Shown piece after piece: positions 61,133 through 64,000 of a stretch of DNA of 64,000 bases (the first letter of the stretch is position 1; each line of letters starts with the position of its first letter). The DNA comes from an uncultured Candidatus Saccharibacteria bacterium (GTDB lineage: Bacteria > Patescibacteriota > Minisyncoccia > Phycocordibacterales > PALSA-1337). The stretch spans positions 118,542-182,541 of the forward strand of contig CAZRIX010000001.1 in NCBI GenBank assembly GCA_964600255.1, read 5' to 3'. Under the pieces are notes generated by a model that searched no databases, was not told where the DNA came from, and saw only the letters and a program-made list of their open reading frames with translations. The translations under genes were made by a program, and so were the position numbers.

Positions 61133-61652
61133 TTATTCTAGTAAGGCAGTAATTTCTTTTTTTGTCATAACTTCAACATCGTTAAACATGTGAAGTATAT
61201 CGCCACTAAGTCCATAATGTAATCTTGTTGAGTTTGTGACTTCAATTGCCTTTACAAATAAGTCTTGAATCATGTTGGGAGTTAGTCCTATTTTTTTCAT
61301 AAAAAAAATCTATATCTCTTAAAGTTTCAACTTCAGAATGCATTAGAATCTTATCACGAACATCCTTTAATTTATTTAGTGTGTCCTCAAATCCAGCAAA
61401 CTGAATATCTAATAAGTAGTAGATAGACAAAACATCAGGAAACCTACCATTTTGTTTTTCAAAAGTTTTCGCGAGTCCTGACATACAGCTCTTTAAAAAA
61501 GATGTTCTGGTTGTTAACCAGAAAGTTTTATTTTTAACATCCTCATTATTTCTAAATGATTCTGTTATAAAATACCAGTAGCTAAACTCTCTATATGAAC
61601 TTAGTAAGTTCCCAACAAAAATGTCAAAATCTTTATTTTCCTGTTTTCTCAT
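61133..61652 (-). pseudogene. Frameshifted HEPN-like (AbiU2-like) gene
   Basis: ATG at 61652, RDKILMH (Rx5H) motif; removing one base in the T8-ATG-A7 tract (61291-61308) restores a 172-aa ORF ending at TAA 61133. Confidence 0.55.
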
Positions 61653-62187
61653 TTGTAAGTACCTTAAAGACCAAACTAAAATAGTCATCCAAATCAAAGC
61701 GTCTTTCAGGAAATTGGTCATTGATAGACCTAATAAAATGCCAAAGGATAAAATCCTTTTCCCATTCAGATAACTTACCATTATTAATCATTGAATCTAG
61801 TTTACTATCCCAATTACTTAGTTCTTTTGATATATCTTCCTTTACCCTTTGCATCTGTTCCCTTCTAATTAGGCCCTTCTCTGCCTTAATTTTGTCGTTC
61901 ATGATTTTATAGCGTCCCAAATAAATGCAATAGGCGAGATCATTCCGATTAGTAGAAGAATTGTGCTCTATATTTTCATTTACGCTCCGAGTTACAAAAT
62001 CTCTAATCTCCTCTTTCATTTCCTCTGACACCTTAAAATAAAGATTAGGGAAAAGTTGTCCAATTTTTTCCTCACTTTTCTCGGAAAGTTTTAATTCTAT
62101 TTCGTACTTTTTACCACTATTTAGTTTTACTAGTTGATACGCAATAAAAGCCAAAACTCCAATAATTATTATAAATGCCCAATTCAT
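61633..62187 (-). CDS. Hypothetical protein with an N-terminal TM anchor
   Basis: 184-aa ORF, TATAAT 6 nt before ATG. Confidence 0.7.
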   Translation of the reverse strand: MNWAFIIIIGVLAFIAYQLVKLNSGKKYEIELKLSEKSEEKIGQLFPNLYFKVSEEMKEEIRDFVTRSVNENIEHNSSTNRNDLAYCIYLGRYKIMNDKIKAEKGLIRREQMQRVKEDISKELSNWDSKLDSMINNGKLSEWEKDFILWHFIRSINDQFPERRFDLDDYFSLVFKVLTNEKTGK

Positions 62188-62250
62188 ACTTTAATTATAA
62201 CCTGAACTTGGTAATTCATGTACTCGGGTCGCTTTTATGTCGTCCTACTT

Positions 62251-62400
62251 TGCGGAAACGGAGGGATTCGGTCACGAGTCCTCGCCTGCTGGCTCGGCTC
62301 TCGACCCCGCCTCGGACACCTTCGTGTCCTCCGGCTTTCTCATCTCCACACTTCCACAATATGCTCGATTCAGTTGACCGAGGTCAACTTCATCGATCAT
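62251..62400 (-). repeat. tRNA-associated structured element B
   Basis: 62251-62270 copies the tRNA 3' end (19/20); core 62265-62346 is homologous to element A; inverted arm reaches 62358; proximal hairpin 62361-62400. Confidence 0.88.
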
Positions 62401-62402
62401 TG

Positions 62403-62490
62403 CGGAACCGGAGGGATTCGAACCCTCGAGGCCTTTAAAGGGCCTGCCTCTTTAGCAAAGAGGTATGTTAGACCACTCCACCACGGTTCC
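62403..62490 (-). tRNA. tRNA-Ser(GCT), CCA not encoded
   Basis: GGAACCG/CGGTTCC acceptor stem, G73, CCTCT-TTGCTAA-AGAGG, long variable arm, GAGGG-TTCGAAT-CCCTC. Confidence 0.95.
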
Positions 62491-62526
62491 AGTTACTAGA
62501 ACTAGATTATATCGTATAATGTGGAA

Positions 62527-64000
62527 ATGCAATACGAATCGCTGATTACTGACATTTCTAGACTGATTCCACCCCAGAAAGCCGCTTTGAAGAAGTTGGG
62601 ATTAGATACTGTGCGTGATTTGCTTTACCATTTCCCCTCTCGATATGGTGACACCTCAGAAACTCGCAGTATAAACTCTCTAGAGAAGGGTGACGTTGCG
62701 GTAATTTTTGGAAAGATAACTGGCTTAAAAACAAGTAAAGGTTTCAAGACGAAAATAGCAATGGCAGATGCTTGGGTAGAAGATGAAAGCGGTAAGATCC
62801 ATTGCGTATGGTTCAATCAACCCTACTTAGCCAAGATGACACAGGAGGGGGCATTAGTACGTATTGAAGGCAAAATATCACAGAGACGTGTGAAGGTTCG
62901 TGAGAAGAACATCGGAGGAAACATTGCGCAGGATGACGGCGATTCAGCAGAATCGGCCTTGGGCCCGAGCAGGGCAAAAAGCCAGCAGGCTTTTATGCGA
63001 GTTGACGAGGATGTTGCTTCTAACGAACCTTCCGGCGAACTCTACTTCTCCAATCCAAAAATAGAAGTAGTAAACAAACTCCCAACCGGAGTTGGTGATT
63101 CCCTTTTCGGCGACGATGGCAAAGCTCATACACTATACCCAGTATATCCAGAATCACGCGGAATAACTTCAAACTGGATGTATCACAAGATAATGGATAT
63201 ATTCCGTAGTGAAGTCTTGGACAATATCAAAGATCCAATACCAAAAGAAATACTTGAGAAATACAATCTACCATCACTAAAGACTGCCCTGATCTGGATT
63301 CACACTCCAATGAAGCTAGAAGATGCACAAACCGCTAGAAAGAGATTCGCTTTCGAAGAGATCTTTTTTATACAATTAGAAAAACAAATAGCGAGAAAAG
63401 AGTACGAGAAAAACAATACCTATATAATCGATCCATCAGAAAAAAATCTACAAGAATTCATCAAACGTTTCCCCTTCCAAGCAACCGAGGCTCAGCAAAA
63501 GTCTATTGCAACAATCATCAGCAATTTCAAAAGTGGTCAGGCAATGTCACGTCTGCTCGAAGGAGATGTAGGCTCAGGCAAGACCGCAGTCGCAGCATCT
63601 ACGGCATATGCAGTGGTCACAACTACGCCCAAGGACCGCAAATTCGGTAACCTCCAAGTCGCATACATGTGCCCTACTGAAATCCTGGCAACACAACATT
63701 TCGAATCTTTCATACAATATTTCTCATACCTAGGAATTCAAGTTGGATTGATTACAGGAAGTGGTTGTAGGAAATTCCCATCAAAACTCAATCCAAAAGG
63801 TTGGACTGATATTTCACGCACGCAACTATTAAAATGGGTTGAGAATGGCGAAATACCGATCCTCATCGGAACACATGCCCTGATTCAGAAATCAGTAAAA
63901 TTCAAACACCTAGCATATGTAATCATCGATGAACAACATCGCTTTGGTCTCAAGCAACGCGCTTCGCTTGTGCAGAAGAATAAAGACGGAATAAATATGG
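62527..64000 (+). CDS. recG: ATP-dependent DNA helicase RecG (partial, runs off the window; absent from the ORF track)
   Basis: Own translation: DLLYHFPSRY, WFNQPY, LYPVYP, ARKRFAFEE, LLEGDVGSGKT, PTEILA, IGTHALIQ, IIDEQHRFG. Confidence 0.96.
   Translation, partial: MQYESLITDISRLIPPQKAALKKLGLDTVRDLLYHFPSRYGDTSETRSINSLEKGDVAVIFGKITGLKTSKGFKTKIAMADAWVEDESGKIHCVWFNQPYLAKMTQEGALVRIEGKISQRRVKVREKNIGGNIAQDDGDSAESALGPSRAKSQQAFMRVDEDVASNEPSGELYFSNPKIEVVNKLPTGVGDSLFGDDGKAHTLYPVYPESRGITSNWMYHKIMDIFRSEVLDNIKDPIPKEILEKYNLPSLKTALIWIHTPMKLEDAQTARKRFAFEEIFFIQLEKQIARKEYEKNNTYIIDPSEKNLQEFIKRFPFQATEAQQKSIATIISNFKSGQAMSRLLEGDVGSGKTAVAASTAYAVVTTTPKDRKFGNLQVAYMCPTEILATQHFESFIQYFSYLGIQVGLITGSGCRKFPSKLNPKGWTDISRTQLLKWVENGEIPILIGTHALIQKSVKFKHLAYVIIDEQHRFGLKQRASLVQKNKDGINM
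62892..63032. mobile_element. 141-bp in-frame palindromic element inside recG
   Basis: Arms 62892-62913 and 63010-63032 are inverted repeats (21/23); contains the same CGATTC-AGCA-GAATCG as the eno element; 47 codons with no stop. Confidence 0.75.

Noticed and set aside
55426-62402. The whole interval between the two tRNA-Ser genes as one prophage or integrative element
   Set aside because: The two tRNAs are different genes rather than att duplicates, the interval holds housekeeping-type genes (ung, oxidoreductase, kinase), and no integrase or phage genes are seen
62892-63032. Intein or group I/II intron in recG
   Set aside because: No Cys/Ser...His-Asn intein ends, too short, and no recognisable intron core; treated as a palindromic insert instead

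Overview
AT-rich bacterial chromosome segment, standard code 11 (TGA is used as stop). The gene set looks like Patescibacteria/CPR (Parcubacteria-like); this is an inference from gene content and style. Contents in order: rnj, MFS transporter, eno, gpmA, DedA-PAP2 and an OmpR regulator; a ~30 kb surface-glycan locus (O-antigen-ligase/TPR, Wzm/Wzt, many glycosyl- and methyltransferases, AsnB); a VirD4/TraG-like ATPase; a type IV pilus/competence cluster (two pilins, pilC, pilT, pilB, pilO/N/M, comF); a large surface protein; two tRNA-Ser genes; ung; and the 5' part of recG. The most unusual signal is non-coding. (i) Both tRNA-Ser genes are followed by the same covarying structured element, whose outer arms copy the 3' end of that particular tRNA, then by co-oriented accessory genes separated by further tRNA 3'-end repeats. 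No integrase is visible in the window. (ii) The same AGCA-loop hairpin modules recur in a 135-bp palindrome after eno and in a 141-bp in-frame palindrome inside recG. (iii) One tRNA-Ser has the rare anticodon ACT. Many genes look leaderless (TATAAT 6-7 nt before ATG). All alignments and folds were done by eye; no database searches were run.
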